64,000 nt of DNA, taken from Bordetella parapertussis. GTDB lineage: Bacteria > Pseudomonadota > Gammaproteobacteria > Burkholderiales > SG8-39. A program made the translations under genes and the position numbers. The notes under the pieces were generated by a model, which saw only the letters and a program-made list of their open reading frames with translations, was not told the DNA's origin and did not search any database. Location: the NCBI GenBank assembly GCA_945892985.1, contig CAMDDU010000001.1, forward strand, positions 75,960 to 139,959, given 5' to 3'. Shown piece after piece: positions 62,819 to 64,000 of this stretch (position 1 is the stretch's first letter; every line of letters starts with the position of its first letter).

Positions 62819-63287
62819 GCTGATCTTCGCCTTGTGCCTGGCCCTGTCGTTTGCGGCAACGGCAAAGGAAGCCGCCCCCCTTGTCGCCGACCCGGCCCTG
62901 GAAAAGCGCGCGATGGCCCTGTCCGAGGAACTTCGTTGCCTCGTCTGCCAAAATCAAACCATCGCCGAATCGCATGCCGGGCTGGCCATCGACCTGAAAA
63001 ACCAGATCCGCGAACAACTCGCTGCCGGCAAAAGCGACGCTGAGATTCTCGACTACATGGTCGCGCGTTATGGGGACTTCGTCTTGTACCGGCCCCCGGT
63101 CAAGGCCAGCACGCTGCTTTTGTGGTTTGGCCCCTTCGCCTTGCTCTTTGGCGCAGTCATGTTCTTGCTCCTCAACATCCGGCGGCGCCGTAATGCGCTG
63201 TTGCAGAGGCCCACAGAGCTGACGGATGCCGAGCGCGCGCGCGCGAAAGAACTGCTCGAAGATGTACCCGAAGGAACACAGGCATGA
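62811..63287 (+). CDS. ccmH: Cytochrome c biogenesis protein CcmH (CycL-type)
   Basis: 158 aa from ATG 62811. It has a signal peptide and the LRCLVCQNQTIAES motif. Confidence 0.9.
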   Translation: MRKLIFALCLALSFAATAKEAAPLVADPALEKRAMALSEELRCLVCQNQTIAESHAGLAIDLKNQIREQLAAGKSDAEILDYMVARYGDFVLYRPPVKASTLLLWFGPFALLFGAVMFLLLNIRRRRNALLQRPTELTDAERARAKELLEDVPEGTQA

Positions 63288-64000
63288 GCCTCTTTGTAGG
63301 CATTTGCATTTTTCTGATAGTCGTGGCCCTGCTGTTCCTGATAACGCCGCTGCTTTCGCGCAAACCCCTGCCGGGCACCAGCGCGCCCGCGTCCGCACGC
63401 AACGCAACGGTGTACCAAGACCAACTCGCGGAAATTGACGCCGAACTGGGCCGTGAGGCCATCACCCAAGCGCAGTGGGCGGCGTCACGCGCGGCCATCG
63501 AGCGCCGTGCCCTGGACGAAGCAGAAGAAACCCCGAATTCACCGCGCGTGAGCGCAGCGACCGCGCCGGCGCGACGCGCCAGCATCACGGCATCGATCCT
63601 TGGGATCCTGCTGCCGCTCGCCGCGGTTGGCTTGTATATCCTGCTGGGTGCGCCACAGGCGCTCTCGCCTGCCCCGGATGAAGGCCAGCAGGCGGTGACA
63701 TCCGAACAAATCGAAGCCATGGTCACAAAACTGGCAGAGCGCCTCAAAACCAATGCCGGTGATACCGATGGCTGGATCATGCTGGGGCGCTCTTACGCCG
63801 CCATGGGTCGCTTTCAGGACTCTGCGAATGCTTTCTCCAAAGCCGCCGCGCAGCGCCCCGCCGACGCCCAGCTTCTCGCCGATTATGCTGATGCGCTTGG
63901 CATGGCAAATGGCCGCAACCTCAAAGGTGAGCCCGAGGCGCTTATCACCCGCGCGCTCAAGGCCGACAGCGGCAACATCAAGGCACTCACGCTGGCCGGA
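63284..64000 (+). CDS. ccmI: Cytochrome c biogenesis factor CcmI (TPR-containing), truncated by the right window edge
   Basis: My translation from ATG 63284 (ATGA overlap) gives MSLFVGICIFLIVVALLFLITPLL..., a second TM segment, then TPR-like GWIMLGRSYAAMGRFQDSANAFSKAAAQRP. The frame is open to 64000. Confidence 0.8.
   Translation, partial: MSLFVGICIFLIVVALLFLITPLLSRKPLPGTSAPASARNATVYQDQLAEIDAELGREAITQAQWAASRAAIERRALDEAEETPNSPRVSAATAPARRASITASILGILLPLAAVGLYILLGAPQALSPAPDEGQQAVTSEQIEAMVTKLAERLKTNAGDTDGWIMLGRSYAAMGRFQDSANAFSKAAAQRPADAQLLADYADALGMANGRNLKGEPEALITRALKADSGNIKALTLAG

Noticed and set aside
1-64000. Scan for CRISPR arrays, tRNA/rRNA genes, IS elements, integrases, prophage or toxin-antitoxin/defence modules
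   Set aside because: I saw no spaced direct-repeat arrays, no cloverleaf-like or rRNA-like conserved stretches, and no transposase, integrase or recombinase-like ORFs. All intergenic regions longer than 150 bp are accounted for in the findings. A by-eye scan can miss short ncRNAs.

Overview
GC-rich chromosomal segment whose gene content and order look betaproteobacterial. This is my judgement from the protein sequences; no search was run. I support about 59 protein-coding genes. I recognised no rRNA, tRNA, CRISPR array, integrase or transposase. Layout: (1) 1-18.6 kb holds an accessory-looking catabolic supercluster on two divergent operons. The minus strand carries a xanthine-dehydrogenase-family hydroxylase (FAD subunit plus fused 2Fe-2S/MoCo subunit), a 6-hydroxynicotinate-reductase-like Fe-S protein, UPF0280, a DUF1185 protein with an odd Lys/Ala-rich tail, a Liv-type ABC importer, and HyuA / tandem-barrel protein / HyuB. 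The plus strand carries an OYE-type flavoenzyme, a 2-aminobenzoate-CoA-ligase-like ligase and a nitroreductase-fold protein. (2) fdxA followed by a 1175-aa GltD/NfnB-like plus PyrK/NfnA-like fusion oxidoreductase. (3) tetR, a TPR lipoprotein, DUF3460 and a DUF1501/DUF1800 pair. (4) A housekeeping block: ompR-envZ, ispDF, mfd, serB, a complete iscRSUA-hscBA-fdx-iscX operon with two IscR boxes, cysE, trmJ and suhB. (5) A TPR/GT41 protein, a Dpp/Opp-type ABC system and an MFS gene. (6) lapG plus a lapD reading frame broken at a G10 tract. (7) ccmABCDEFGHI, with ccmI cut by the window end. The best candidate for undescribed biology is the 1-18.6 kb supercluster. It combines Mo-hydroxylase, Hnr-like/UPF0280/DUF1185 triad, ATP-dependent HyuAB and aryl-CoA chemistry, has no regulator gene, and its substrate is unknown. 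Secondary candidates are the fdxA-linked fusion oxidoreductase and the poly-G-interrupted lapD. All family assignments come from motif recognition by eye and need profile searches.
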